Part shown: in pieces, positions 16,947-27,158 of the stretch
Layout: each line of letters starts with the position of its first letter
How positions within the stretch are numbered: the first letter of the stretch is position 1
NCBI GenBank assembly: GCA_965224705.1
Contig: OZ245056.1
Span: forward strand, 2,112,001 to 2,176,000
Source: Spirochaetaceae bacterium
Lineage (GTDB): Bacteria; Spirochaetota; Spirochaetia; DSM-2461
DNA length: 64,000 nt
Reading direction: 5' to 3'
Made by a program: the position numbers and the translations under genes
Notes under the pieces: model-generated
Databases searched by the model: none
Seen by the model: only the letters and a program-made list of their open reading frames with translations
What the model was told of the DNA's origin: nothing

Positions 16947-17977
16947 TTGTCAATGAGAGCGTCCATGTTGTCGACATCGGTCAGTGTGCTGGAATCCAGT
17001 ACTTTTCGAGGGCGAAGGGCCATATTAAAGGATGGAGGAAGAGGTACATTCTGCTTAACCGGCAGCATGATATTGTGTATGGCAAGGATTTTTTGAGCCT
17101 CAAGTTCCAGTATGAAGTCAATCAAATCTTCACTGGCACTCTGGCTATCTGTTCCTTTCACTATACCCATTCCTTCAATCTGCTGGATGTGTCCATCCGA
17201 GAACTCCAATGCTTTGAATCGAGTTGAATCCTCATATTCGACATGGTATACAGGACTTGTTCCGTAACTGAGAATCATGGGGGCCTCTCCCGCTGTGTAT
17301 AGAGCATAGCCCTGGCTCCATCCATCAGAAATTGTCAACATGGACGGTTTCAATCTGTTCCAGTATTCAGTCCAGCCATCTTTATAAACGGACACTGTCC
17401 AGAGAAGAAATCCCAGGCCGGGAGTGGAAGTGCGTGGATCCATCAAAATTATTTTTCCCCTGTATTCTTCCCTGGTCAGGTCCTCCAGGGAAGCGGGAGG
17501 ATTGTCCATAACCAGGGAATCATAGTTTACAGCAAAATGTCCATAATCGTAGGGGAGCAGTCGATAGCCGGGATCGAATATGAGATGGTCTGGAATGCCT
17601 GTGAGATTCGGGGACTTGTATGGTTGAAGGATATCTTCGTCAATTGTGCGTTTCAACAGGCTGTTATCCAGCCCGATAACCACATCGGCCCGGGAATTTG
17701 ATTTTTCCAGGATGAGTTGATTGAGCAGCATTACGGCATCTCCCGGAGCATGCAGTATGACGTCAATACCTGTTTTTTCGGTAAATGCCTTTGTAATGGC
17801 TGGACCTGGCCCCCATTCGGAGCTGAAGGAATCGTAGCAGTACACATTGAGGATTCGTGTTGAATCCCGATCCTGATTTCCTCCTGCCGTCAGAGGCAGA
17901 GCCATCAAAGAAGCAAGCAATATGGTAGACAGAATTTTTTCCCGGATCCGTTTCATTGAGACTCCTGAGTGAGACAA
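16922..17977 (-). CDS. thiB: Thiamine ABC transporter substrate-binding protein
   Basis: YDSFSSEWGPGP, DPRTSTPG, SYGTSP motifs typical of TbpA/ThiB. Confidence 0.9.
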   Translation of the reverse strand: MSHSGVSMKRIREKILSTILLASLMALPLTAGGNQDRDSTRILNVYCYDSFSSEWGPGPAITKAFTEKTGIDVILHAPGDAVMLLNQLILEKSNSRADVVIGLDNSLLKRTIDEDILQPYKSPNLTGIPDHLIFDPGYRLLPYDYGHFAVNYDSLVMDNPPASLEDLTREEYRGKIILMDPRTSTPGLGFLLWTVSVYKDGWTEYWNRLKPSMLTISDGWSQGYALYTAGEAPMILSYGTSPVYHVEYEDSTRFKALEFSDGHIQQIEGMGIVKGTDSQSASEDLIDFILELEAQKILAIHNIMLPVKQNVPLPPSFNMALRPRKVLDSSTLTDVDNMDALIDKWVEVFTR

Positions 17978-18045
17978 ACTCTGTGAAACTCAGCATTGCT
18001 CACGGGATTTGCCGTACAGGTTGTTTTTAGAAATTCCGGTATTTA

Positions 18046-18125
18046 GAGCCTCGTTCCTACGCTGGTATTAACCGGATCAGGTTCACGAGTGTAATCTCAG
18101 GTTCAACGAACCACCCCGGAAGCTC
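18046..18125 (-). ncRNA. TPP riboswitch
   Basis: Minus strand GGGGTG...CTGAGA...GAACCTGATCCGGTTAATACCAGCGTAGGAA, upstream of thiB. Confidence 0.93.
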
Positions 18126-18346
18126 AAAATACAATCTATGTTGAAGGTTCATTATTGTCAAGCGGGAATAGGAAATCCCGGGAAGTTTCAGTCAATTTCC
18201 TTCCTTTCAGTGAAACGCTGCTCAATCAATCAATTATGTCTGGCAATGGCAGACATTGCTGAAGCAGGAATTTCATCTATTGCAAGAAGGAGAATTACAG
18301 ATCCACCGGTCAAGTTTGGTTTCCAATCTCTGATTCTTCAAGTATA

Positions 18347-19039
18347 ATGAAGTTCATGACAATCAAGGAAAGATGGATTCATTGCCAGGAAGAGATTGAA
18401 AAGGCGGCCGATTATTATGGACGGCAGGTCTCTGAAATCCGGGTGATGGCTGTTTCAAAAACAAGGAGTGTTCAGGAAATCAAAGATGCCCAGACGGAAG
18501 GTTTGAGGTACTTTGGAGAAAATCGGGTGGATGAAGCAGTCGAGAAGTTTGCACAGCTTGATGAACACCTGTATCCACTCTACTTCATTGGTCATTTGCA
18601 GAGCAATAAGATACGAAAAATCAGTAAACGGTTTGCAGGGATACATTCGGTGGATTCCCTTCCTCTGGCAGAAAAGATTTCCAGGCACAGGGAACAGATT
18701 CGGATGCCCCTGGAGATTCTATTGCAGGTCAACACTTCGAGTGAAAAGAGTAAATCGGGTTTTACGGATAGAAATGAATTCATTGATGCGGCCGAAGTAA
18801 TATCAAAACTTCCCTGCCTCCATCTCAAAGGGGTGATGACTATGGCTCCTTTCGTTGATGATGAGGGAATAGTTCGTCAATGCTTCTCACAGTGTCGGGA
18901 ATGGTCCGAACATATCAGAAACGATGTTGATGGCTCTCTCACCCTTTCCATGGGTATGAGTACTGATTTCCGATGGGCCATTGCAGAAGGGAGCACATTG
19001 TTACGCATTGGAACAGTACTTTTCGGGGGAAGAGATTGA
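18347..19039 (+). CDS. yggS: PLP homeostasis protein YggS
   Basis: MAVSKT, FGENR, FIGHLQSNK, LSMGMS, RIGT. Confidence 0.93.
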   Translation: MKFMTIKERWIHCQEEIEKAADYYGRQVSEIRVMAVSKTRSVQEIKDAQTEGLRYFGENRVDEAVEKFAQLDEHLYPLYFIGHLQSNKIRKISKRFAGIHSVDSLPLAEKISRHREQIRMPLEILLQVNTSSEKSKSGFTDRNEFIDAAEVISKLPCLHLKGVMTMAPFVDDEGIVRQCFSQCREWSEHIRNDVDGSLTLSMGMSTDFRWAIAEGSTLLRIGTVLFGGRD

Positions 19040-19440
19040 TCCGCTATCTCGTTGGTTGTCTTCTACTTGTTATCGCTGGTCTTTCATCTTTGTCGGCTCA
19101 AGTTAAGCCCCCGGAAGAGTCCATCATACCGGAGGACTATGACCCCTCAGAATTCCCTTTGTGGGCTCATGATATCAGGCGCTTTGAGGTAATAACCTTT
19201 GGATCTTTCCCCATCACATACTTTCTCAGCTCTCTTGTATATGATATTGTCATCCTCGCTGCCAACAATGGATCGGCTGAATATGCCCTGGGGACTCAGC
19301 GGGGAGAGGGGGATCTTGCCATCATCATTGGTGCGGCTGCCATTACCTCCGGTGTAGTCGCAATTGTTGACCTGATCATCAACGCTGGATTGCGAAACAA
19401 AAAAAATGAACAGAGAAAGACACAGAGTCCAGATCCCTGA
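19036..19440 (+). CDS. Hypothetical membrane protein
   Basis: Likely TTG start overlapping the yggS stop; signal peptide and TM segments. Confidence 0.6.
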   Translation: MIRYLVGCLLLVIAGLSSLSAQVKPPEESIIPEDYDPSEFPLWAHDIRRFEVITFGSFPITYFLSSLVYDIVILAANNGSAEYALGTQRGEGDLAIIIGAAAITSGVVAIVDLIINAGLRNKKNEQRKTQSPDP

Positions 19441-20338
19441 AGGGGAATCTATCCGTCTGGACAAGTATATTTCTTCCCTTGGATTGTTTACAAGAAGTCA
19501 GATCCGTCAGCGGTCGGTTCGGGTTCATACTGTTCAGGGAGTTGATTTAAAACTCTCCCGACGTCTTACAGGCGGAAGTGACATTATTGTCGAGTGGGAC
19601 GATCCCCCGTCAGCCGAAATACTTCCTGAGGAGATGGAACTTGACATTCTTTACGAAGACGAAAACTGCATAGTTATAAATAAAGATCAGGGAGTTGTAG
19701 TCCATCCTTCTCTGGGACATGTCCATGGAACTCTTGTTCAAGCCCTCCTCTTTCGTTACAGAGGTTTTGATACGCGATTTGCAGGTGACCGGGTGCGTCC
19801 GGGCATTGTTCATAGACTGGACAAGGATACCTCTGGATTGATTATAGCGGCAAAGAATCCCGAAACAATGGAATTCTTAGCCAGTGAGTTTCGAAGAAGA
19901 ACGGTGAAAAAGTCCTACCTGGCCATTACACGTGGTTCCCCCCCCGGCAATGAAGGTGAAATAAATAGACCTATTGGCCGTCATCCCATCAATCGGAAGA
20001 TATTCAAAGTTGGTACAAAAAATGCCAAAGAGGCCCTCTCCCGGTATCGTATTCTTTCCCGCAGTGAGGAATATGCCCTGGTAAAAGTCCGAATTCATAC
20101 GGGGAGAACTCATCAAATTCGGGTTCATTTGCAATATGTCAACTCTCCAATCCTTGGAGATAATCTCTATAACAGTCCCGACTCCCGAATACCGGATGCT
20201 TCTTTGATGCTTCATGCCTGGAAGCTGGCGATCAAGCTGCCAACGATTGGAAAGCGGCGTTTTGAGGCAGAAATTCCAGGTCGATTCGTTCAGGCTGCTG
20301 AAATTACCGGTTTGAATTTGCCGACTCAGAATTCGTAA
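19406..20338 (+). CDS. rluD: RluA/RluD-family pseudouridine synthase
   Basis: HRLDKDTSG and TGRTHQIR motifs; S4-like N-terminus. Confidence 0.85.
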   Translation: MNRERHRVQIPEGESIRLDKYISSLGLFTRSQIRQRSVRVHTVQGVDLKLSRRLTGGSDIIVEWDDPPSAEILPEEMELDILYEDENCIVINKDQGVVVHPSLGHVHGTLVQALLFRYRGFDTRFAGDRVRPGIVHRLDKDTSGLIIAAKNPETMEFLASEFRRRTVKKSYLAITRGSPPGNEGEINRPIGRHPINRKIFKVGTKNAKEALSRYRILSRSEEYALVKVRIHTGRTHQIRVHLQYVNSPILGDNLYNSPDSRIPDASLMLHAWKLAIKLPTIGKRRFEAEIPGRFVQAAEITGLNLPTQNS

Positions 20339-20344
20339 TCCTTA

Positions 20345-20760
20345 CCCAGTGTCAGAAAGCCTGTAAAACCCCCTTCAACCTATCCCGGGAGTCCAAAATG
20401 AACTCGGACTCACTCCTGGCAAAGATGTTGATGTGGTTGGGATAGTATTGAGAGTAAGGAAAAGGACTCCAGTCCATCCGCAGCCATGGATTCCCTGTAA
20501 TCGATTGAAAAAGTCTGGGAGGAAAAGGTTCTTTTGCAGTCATTGCAGATGTAGCACTGGACAGTTCCAGATGCTTCTGTGCGGCAGGAACTGTGTATCG
20601 AAAACCAGTTTTTTTGCTCTGGGGCACTGAAATGGATACATTTTGGGTTGGGGCAGTGAGGGAATACCATGGTCGATCTCCTTTATAAATTGTTTTCTTA
20701 CTATGTTATAACGAGCCTGACAGGGGTTCTTGCTGCATTAACAAGCTTTCTGACACTGGG
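20345..20760. mobile_element. MITE family 2 / deleted IS carrying a Zn-ribbon transposase N-terminal remnant (20410-20670, minus)
   Basis: TIR CCCAGTGTCAGAAAGC(C/T)TGT flanked by TA; ORF with CPNPKC...CNDCKRTFS. Confidence 0.8.
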
Positions 20761-20855
20761 TATTGTTTCAATCCGGTCAGGATAGGGGGGAGTTTGTTCT
20801 GAAGAAACGGAATCCCGTCTTGTCATGTGAACCCTTATTCACTATCTTTTCATTC

Positions 20856-21458
20856 ATGCGGGTGCTCTTTCCTGATGAAATTGTGGGTAAAGCAGGGTAT
20901 TCAACCATAAAAGCTCATCTCAGTAGTTTTGTTGAGCACCAAAATGTTGATTTTGGCCCAGCTACGCTCCGTTTTTGTCGCCTTGCATCAGGAAAAAATC
21001 ATCAAAAATCGCCTCGAAGTCTTAAAGTCCGACAGACTCCCTGGAGAAAGGCATTCTTCAGCATTAAAAAAAGGGGAGTAGATGTTATGACCTTAGGAGA
21101 GTACTGCTATCAGAAAAAGGACCTGACAACTGATCTTCACAACCTGTCATGGATTCTCAGGCCAGCCAACATATCAGCAAAAAGTCCTGGAAGAGGCTGG
21201 GGTGTGTTCAGCACACAGGCAGGATCTCCAGGAGTGATCAGTTTACCTGGTCAGTTCGGCTACAATCGATTACATGGGAGTAATCCCTTCACTCAGGTTA
21301 TCCACATTATCGATGAAATCCGTGAACAAACCCCGGCCATTGTACTGAACTTTCATGCAAGTACAACAGCAGAGAAGCAGACAATGACATTTTTTACAGA
21401 TGGTAAAGCTGCTTCCATGGAAACCGTAGATATGCCATGCGGGGGAAATTTCCAATGA
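20856..21458 (+). pseudogene. ymdB: YmdB/TIGR00282-like metallophosphoesterase, disrupted and truncated
   Basis: MRVLFxxEIVGKAG...LRPAN...PGRGW...FHASTTAEK. A MITE-1 fragment replaces a conserved segment and the C-terminus is missing. Confidence 0.75.
20956..21039. mobile_element. MITE family 1 half-copy inside ymdB
   Basis: Matches 12981-13064. Confidence 0.85.
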
Positions 21459-21958
21459 CTAGAATTGTCAGAGTAATTGACCCAGGCTCCCTTGGCATAA
21501 ATCCGCGAGTCTGCAACGATGATGTTCGCAGGGCAGGAGCATCCCAGCGGTTCTGGAGGATCAGGGAAAGAACTTATCAAGCTGCGAATCCTGCGCATAT
21601 CGAGTTGACAGAAGATGATATGGTTGAGATCCACCTTCCTCCCGGCCGAACAATACTCTCGGCAGCCCTGACGTTTCTACTGCCGCTTGCATTTTTTCTG
21701 GCAGGATATATACCAGCAAGCAGTCTTGTTGATATATATGCCATTGACAGCAGGACTGATTTCACTCAGGATGAGCTTGCCTTTATTGCTGGTTTTACTC
21801 TTTTTCTGCTGAGCATCACTCTGATTGCCATATTCAGGTTGAGAGGCACTTCCCCGAAAAGCATACCCACCATTACCCGTCGTTTAACTCCTTCTGAAAT
21901 GCATATATGCAGGATTAAAAATGCAGAAGTCTGCGGGTCATGTACTCTCTGTGATTGA
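21437..21958 (+). CDS. RseC/MucC-like membrane protein
   Basis: DMVEIHLP...AALTFLLPL TM pattern. Confidence 0.5.
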   Translation: MRGKFPMTRIVRVIDPGSLGINPRVCNDDVRRAGASQRFWRIRERTYQAANPAHIELTEDDMVEIHLPPGRTILSAALTFLLPLAFFLAGYIPASSLVDIYAIDSRTDFTQDELAFIAGFTLFLLSITLIAIFRLRGTSPKSIPTITRRLTPSEMHICRIKNAEVCGSCTLCD

Positions 21959-22555
21959 TTCCAAACTATCCAGAATGCACTTCAGCCGCTTACAGGAGCG
22001 CCCTCGATGTGATATGGCATCCTTTTCAGTTTCACTGAGTTCAGCAACACAGCAGCCGCGGTCAGGAAGGTAGAAGATTGGGTCATAACCAAAGCCGCCC
22101 ATACCTCTTGATTCGGCAGCGATGTAACCTGGGAAAGTCTCCTGGGCAGAAAAAATACGATACTCATCCAGCATAAGAACCATACAACAGACGAAGAACC
22201 CCTGACGTTCTTTTCCGGTTAAATGGGCTGTGTTTTTCAGTAGAAGGGTGTTCCGTTCCGTCGAATCCAACACCCTGCCAGTTTTTTCACTACCGTACCG
22301 GGCAGACAGGACCCCAGGTGCCCCTCCCAATGCCGGAACGGACAGTCCCGAATCATCAGCTAAAACAGGGTATTTTCCAGATGCATTGAACAGGAATTGT
22401 GCTTTGATGAGGGAATTCTCCAGATAAGTATTTCCGCTCTCGTGAACCTTGAATTCTATTCCAATATCCCCTGGCAGAAGAATTCTGTGGGGTGCCAGGA
22501 TGCGTTCAATTTCTGTTTTTTTATGGATATTACCTGACGCAAGAAGCAATTTCAT
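21938..22555 (-). CDS. rdgB: Non-canonical purine NTP pyrophosphatase (HAM1)
   Basis: ASGNIHK, ADDSGL, GFGYDPIF, SHR. Confidence 0.93.
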   Translation of the reverse strand: MKLLLASGNIHKKTEIERILAPHRILLPGDIGIEFKVHESGNTYLENSLIKAQFLFNASGKYPVLADDSGLSVPALGGAPGVLSARYGSEKTGRVLDSTERNTLLLKNTAHLTGKERQGFFVCCMVLMLDEYRIFSAQETFPGYIAAESRGMGGFGYDPIFYLPDRGCCVAELSETEKDAISHRGRSCKRLKCILDSLESITEST

Positions 22556-22564
22556 AAAAATACA

Positions 22565-23443
22565 CTACCTCTTAACTTCATTATTGATCCAGTACCGTCT
22601 CAATGATTTTAATCCTGATGCAATGGTACTTTGTGGAATGTTCAGGATTCTGCCTGCATCCGCTGCTGAAAGTCTGACGCTCAGTCGACTGAGCGCATTA
22701 GATGCCAGTTTATATCGTTTCTCCCAGTATTTATATCTATTCTTCCATCTCTCAATCTGGATACTGTCCAGATGAGTGTCTTTTTTCATGCGGTTTTGAA
22801 TTCGAATCATATTGTACCAGCATTCATTGCGACGATTTCTCAATTTTGTTCGCCGAGTCGTTTTTTCGAAGATTGATTTTCTTGCAATTTCAAGCGAGTT
22901 TTCCAACCAGAGAGGATCAACACAGGTCAGTCGTGCAATAGCTGGAATCTTTACGGGATCAATATCGTCCACATAGGTCAAAACCGCAAAGAGTATACGA
23001 TTTCGGATAGATTCAATTTCGATGCGGCCTTCTGCATCAATTTTCAGTGGACAATTCGAGAGAGGATCAACTTCTGCCGAGGCATATATTCCTTCCTGAA
23101 CAGGATTTTCTTCAACCATATCCATCATGGCTGTCGAGCTTTCATTTTCCGACCATACTTCATAATGTTCTTTCAATGCTAACTGCTCGGTAAAGGTTTT
23201 CATGTACCATTGCAAACTGCTGAACAAGTAGGATTCAAAGGTATGCAATGGTTTGAACCGGAGCACCAATCCTGGGATTTTCGGCATGAAAGCAACAAAG
23301 AAGTCACAGCATTTGTCATAATCCCAATTAGTGAAATTAACAGGATACTTATAAGCATTAAGATATATCCGTTCTGACAGTTCTCTCCAGTTTTCGCCAG
23401 TTCTCTGATAGGCCAATACCGCTTCAGTTAAATCATCACTCAT
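22565..23443 (-). CDS. Sigma70/ECF-like protein
   Basis: Start at 23443 after AAGGAG; region-2-like TFESYL segment and C-terminal HTH LSAADAGRILNIPQSTIASGL. Confidence 0.55.
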   Translation of the reverse strand: MSDDLTEAVLAYQRTGENWRELSERIYLNAYKYPVNFTNWDYDKCCDFFVAFMPKIPGLVLRFKPLHTFESYLFSSLQWYMKTFTEQLALKEHYEVWSENESSTAMMDMVEENPVQEGIYASAEVDPLSNCPLKIDAEGRIEIESIRNRILFAVLTYVDDIDPVKIPAIARLTCVDPLWLENSLEIARKSIFEKTTRRTKLRNRRNECWYNMIRIQNRMKKDTHLDSIQIERWKNRYKYWEKRYKLASNALSRLSVRLSAADAGRILNIPQSTIASGLKSLRRYWINNEVKR

Positions 23444-23480
23444 CGAACACTCCTTTTTGTTCATGGGGGTGATTTATTAC

Positions 23481-23497
23481 ATGCAAGATACGTGCCA
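23481..23497 (-). promoter_or_regulatory. Sigma54 (-24/-12) promoter
   Basis: Minus strand TGGCACGTATCTTGCAT matches TGGCACG-N4-TTGCW. Confidence 0.75.
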
Positions 23498-23616
23498 GGA
23501 ATACAGGCTAATTTTGAGGTTTTGGAGCCAGATTCAGCTTGAATAAACTATGTTAACTATACATTGGAGTTAATAAGTTACATGAATGTAATTTATGTGT
23601 AATGATACATTCTGTC

Positions 23617-24960
23617 TCAGGGAAGAAATTCTTCTTTAGAAATGTTCAGGGCAAATTCTAAATCGAGAATAGCAGCAATGTATTGGTATTTCGCTACAAG
23701 AAGCTGCTGTTGGGCAACCAGATAATCATTCTGTGCACTTTCTACATCCAGTAATTGTCTTGTTCCAACATTGTATGCTTCAGCAGTGAGTTCATAGTTC
23801 TTCCTGGCCAGTTTGGTACTGGATGTATTGGCTTCTATTGTAAGCTGGTAGGTTCGAATACTACCTACAAGATTCTCTACTTCAGTTCCAGCTCCACGCC
23901 ATGCAATTTCCCGGGTGAGTACAAGATCCCTTATACTGTCTTCCAGGTCTTTAAGCTGTACATTGGTTTTTGAAGCGGGAATCAATCCGTCGAGTTTCCA
24001 TTGCAGGCCCAGGCTCAAAGTTCCCATATCGCTCCAGTTCGTCCATGGGTCTATCGCCTGTTGCTGTATGTTGGTCGCGGCATTGGAACCATTGAGACCA
24101 TAGGTATAGCCAATACTTAATGTCGGAGTATTCGAATTTAACGCAAGTGTTGTTTTTGTTAGACCCAGGGCTTCCAGTTGTTTGTCGAGACTTCGGATAT
24201 CCAGTCGATTTGCAAGGTATTTTTTGATCAATTCTTCAGCATTCAGAGTATCATAATACTCATTGGGCAGTTCACCCTGAAGGGTAATATCATCGTTTCT
24301 ATCTGCCCCGATAATAGTTTTGAACTGGAGAACCATGCTGTTGTATATTTGTTGGGCACTGGTAAAAGCTGGTTTGAGTTTCGAGAGAGAAACTTCAGCC
24401 GATAAAACATCGAGTTCAGGGACTAAACCAGTTTTGAAATTCTCAGATGCCTGCTCATATCTCTTTTGAGCTAAATCAATATTAGCCTGCTGAATCATGA
24501 TGTTTTCCTGATTTGCCAGAATGTTGTAAAACTGTTTCTGAACATCTCTCTTCAAGCTGTTTACAGCCGCTTCACGGTCAAGTAAACCGGCTTCATAACT
24601 TGCTTTTAATTGTTTTATTCCTGTGGCTATGGCCGCATTCAGGGGGAGTGAAAGATTCAAACCCGCACTGAATCCAAGATTTCCCGGATCAGAAAAACTG
24701 GCTGTGGATTCGCCCCGGAATGAAAAGACTCCATGATTTGCAGTCAAAGAGGCCGATGCTGTGATTGACGGCAGCAGGGAGTTCCATGATGTACGTTTTG
24801 CCCTTTCCTTTTTCAGTAAGGTGATATCTGACTTTTTCAAAATGAGATTTTCAGAAACCGCCATCTCAACGGCATCTTCAAGAGTCAATACAAGCGGTTC
24901 AGCCGCAATGAGTAGGGGAAAAAGATGTATAAGTATAGAAATTGAAATCATTCTTTTCAC
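23617..24960 (-). CDS. TolC-family outer membrane efflux protein
   Basis: LTLEDAVEMA start, two OEP repeats (G...ELDVL, G...LLDV). Confidence 0.85.
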   Translation of the reverse strand: MKRMISISILIHLFPLLIAAEPLVLTLEDAVEMAVSENLILKKSDITLLKKERAKRTSWNSLLPSITASASLTANHGVFSFRGESTASFSDPGNLGFSAGLNLSLPLNAAIATGIKQLKASYEAGLLDREAAVNSLKRDVQKQFYNILANQENIMIQQANIDLAQKRYEQASENFKTGLVPELDVLSAEVSLSKLKPAFTSAQQIYNSMVLQFKTIIGADRNDDITLQGELPNEYYDTLNAEELIKKYLANRLDIRSLDKQLEALGLTKTTLALNSNTPTLSIGYTYGLNGSNAATNIQQQAIDPWTNWSDMGTLSLGLQWKLDGLIPASKTNVQLKDLEDSIRDLVLTREIAWRGAGTEVENLVGSIRTYQLTIEANTSSTKLARKNYELTAEAYNVGTRQLLDVESAQNDYLVAQQQLLVAKYQYIAAILDLEFALNISKEEFLP

Positions 24961-25024
24961 GGTGAGTCTCCTTGGAGAAGCAGGCAGGATGATACTGCCT
25001 TTACCAGTTGTTTGTTATTCGCAT

Positions 25025-25079
25025 ATGAGATTACTCATCGAGTATTCATTAGTCAAGGTGATTATGAAATTATTCATAA
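25025..25079. promoter_or_regulatory. Two palindromic operator-like sites ATGARATTAYTCAT upstream of tolC
   Basis: ATGAGATTACTCAT (25025-25038) and TTATGAAATTATTCATAA (25062-25079) flank a minus-strand TTGACT. Confidence 0.5.
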
Positions 25080-25115
25080 CGGGTGAATTGTAACATTATT
25101 GTCCGCATTACTCTT

Positions 25116-25138
25116 AGTGTCAGAAAGCTTGTGGACAC
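25116..25138. repeat. Isolated MITE family 2 end
   Basis: AGTGTCAGAAAGCTTGT. Confidence 0.55.
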
Positions 25139-25385
25139 AGTAAGAATCCATGCTGAATCATCTGGAACGGTTCAACACTCCAGCCAGAGGACCTTTTCAT
25201 ACGACAGAGATTGTCGACTGCGACGAACTTCTACGTATCTGATGACCTCTTCTGGAATGAATGATATCGGCTGTTACAGGTAGGAATTATCAGATCATGG
25301 CAGGGAGACGGTCAAATTGGTCAGTTGTCCCGGTGTTATAGAAGTCCAGGGTCGTGAAAAAGAAACTTCCCAGGGCAGTTTTGTT

Positions 25386-26357
25386 TCAGTGATTTAGTCT
25401 ATCAGCAAAAATTCTAAGCAGGTGTTCAGCTGTATCATGCCGGTTCCCGCTATACATGCATCCGGATGCTTTGTGATGTCCACCACCGCCCAGGGATCGG
25501 GCAATTTCGCTCACATCCAGGTCAAAAAGTGATCTGAAACTGATGGAGCAATTTCCATCATTTTGTTCCCGAATAAGTACAACAGCCTCCACACCGGCAA
25601 TGCTGGTCAATAACTGGTACAGCATATCCGTATCTTTTTCGCTTCCACACTCCCGCCAGTCTTTCCAGGTTTCCCAGGTCATTACCAGCCGTCCATCAAA
25701 ATAAAGCTCAGCCCGGTCAAGGGTTCTTCCCAGAAGTCGGCGTGAGCTGAGTTTTCTGCCGCCAGCCAGCCATCGAAAAGTCTCCGTTGGGGATGCTCCG
25801 ATTTTCATCAATCGGGCAACAGCATCCATATACTTGTATTGGGTCGATTCCAGATGCCGAAAGAAGCCTGTGTCTGTACAGAAACCCAGGAACAGGCAAT
25901 TGGCTTCTTCCAGAGTTGGAGTGTCTCCAGCAGCTTCAATCAGCTGTTGAATGAGCAAGGTTGTCGAAGGGTAGTCCGTATCCACGAACTGCAGGTCGCC
26001 AAACGTACTCTCTGTTGCATGATGATCTATCACAAGTACAGGTCCGGGCGGCCTGTCTGATTCCTTGAAACCTGTCCGATCATGGGAGGAACAATCCAGA
26101 TAAACAGTAAGAATTGATTTCTCAGGAGATACTGTTGGAATACGCTTTTCAAATAATGGCTGCCAGTCAGCAATTTCCGGCCTGTTCCAGGGGCCAGTGG
26201 AGCATGGATGAACAGTTTTTCCCCGTCGTTTTAACCACGAAGCCAGGGCTCGCTGGGATCCAAGGCAATCCGCATCAGGATCCTCATGTCCAAGAATTAT
26301 AATAACACAATTGTCATTAAGGGCTTTGAGGACGGATGAAATATTTTCTTGAGACAA
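25386..26357 (-). CDS. nrnA: DHH/DHHA1 oligoribonuclease/PAP phosphatase
   Basis: HEDPDAD, IDHH, TDTG, GGGH. Confidence 0.88.
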   Translation of the reverse strand: MSQENISSVLKALNDNCVIIILGHEDPDADCLGSQRALASWLKRRGKTVHPCSTGPWNRPEIADWQPLFEKRIPTVSPEKSILTVYLDCSSHDRTGFKESDRPPGPVLVIDHHATESTFGDLQFVDTDYPSTTLLIQQLIEAAGDTPTLEEANCLFLGFCTDTGFFRHLESTQYKYMDAVARLMKIGASPTETFRWLAGGRKLSSRRLLGRTLDRAELYFDGRLVMTWETWKDWRECGSEKDTDMLYQLLTSIAGVEAVVLIREQNDGNCSISFRSLFDLDVSEIARSLGGGGHHKASGCMYSGNRHDTAEHLLRIFADRLNH

Positions 26358-26359
26358 TC

Positions 26360-26779
26360 TTACTGTGCCTGATATGTCAGTACCAATTCTGAATCGGGAG
26401 ATGGAAATTTATCGCTGTGGTCAACTCCTGATTTTAGCAACTTCCAGCTTGGGTGAGATTTATTCTCTTGAAGATATAACCGAAAATGATCCAGTTGGCC
26501 GTTTTTGTAGAACAATGTCATATAGGGGTATATTACTCCTTTTCCATAGGCAATCTGACCAACACTGTCTGCGGATTTAAACCATTCTGCTGGAAGCCAC
26601 AGGGTATCAATGCTGTAGTCCTGTCTTATATAATCAACTCTATATCCCAGTGCATGTGAATATATACTTTCGATTGCGAAGGTTTTTGGATAGTATTCCG
26701 ATTCATTTTCGAATCTCTGAGCAAAAATACCGGTTGTCACAACCAGAGAAATAAACACCAATAAATATCTTCGGTTCAT
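26360..26779 (-). CDS. Exported hypothetical protein
   Basis: Signal peptide, GGAGG RBS, contiguous with nrnA. Confidence 0.7.
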   Translation of the reverse strand: MNRRYLLVFISLVVTTGIFAQRFENESEYYPKTFAIESIYSHALGYRVDYIRQDYSIDTLWLPAEWFKSADSVGQIAYGKGVIYPYMTLFYKNGQLDHFRLYLQENKSHPSWKLLKSGVDHSDKFPSPDSELVLTYQAQ

Positions 26780-26877
26780 GGTGACGCCTCCTACACATAG
26801 TAATATACAAAACGGGACGAATCAGTTCAAGATGGAAATGATAAAAAATCCATGAGCATGACCTGTCTGCATTCATG

Positions 26878-27038
26878 GAGCCTGTCGGACTTTGAGACTT
26901 CGAGGCGATTTTTGATGATTTTTTCCTGATGCAAGGCGACAAAAACGGAGCGTAGCTGGGCTGCGTGAGTATTTTGGCAACGCAGCAGCAGGAAAAAAGG
27001 GCAAAAATCGAGCCGTGAGACGTAAGTCCGACAGACTC
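26878..27038. mobile_element. MITE family 1, 161-bp copy (reverse orientation)
   Basis: Same TIRs; CATG direct repeat. Confidence 0.85.
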
Positions 27039-27158
27039 CATGGCATATGTGCGTCACTCTTAAACGAATCGTTTATCTCCTGTTAACCGGCCTGTAATAG
27101 CTCTTTCCGAGGATGAGATGTATCCTGGGTGTGAAGATTGTCCCACAAGGAGTAACTT

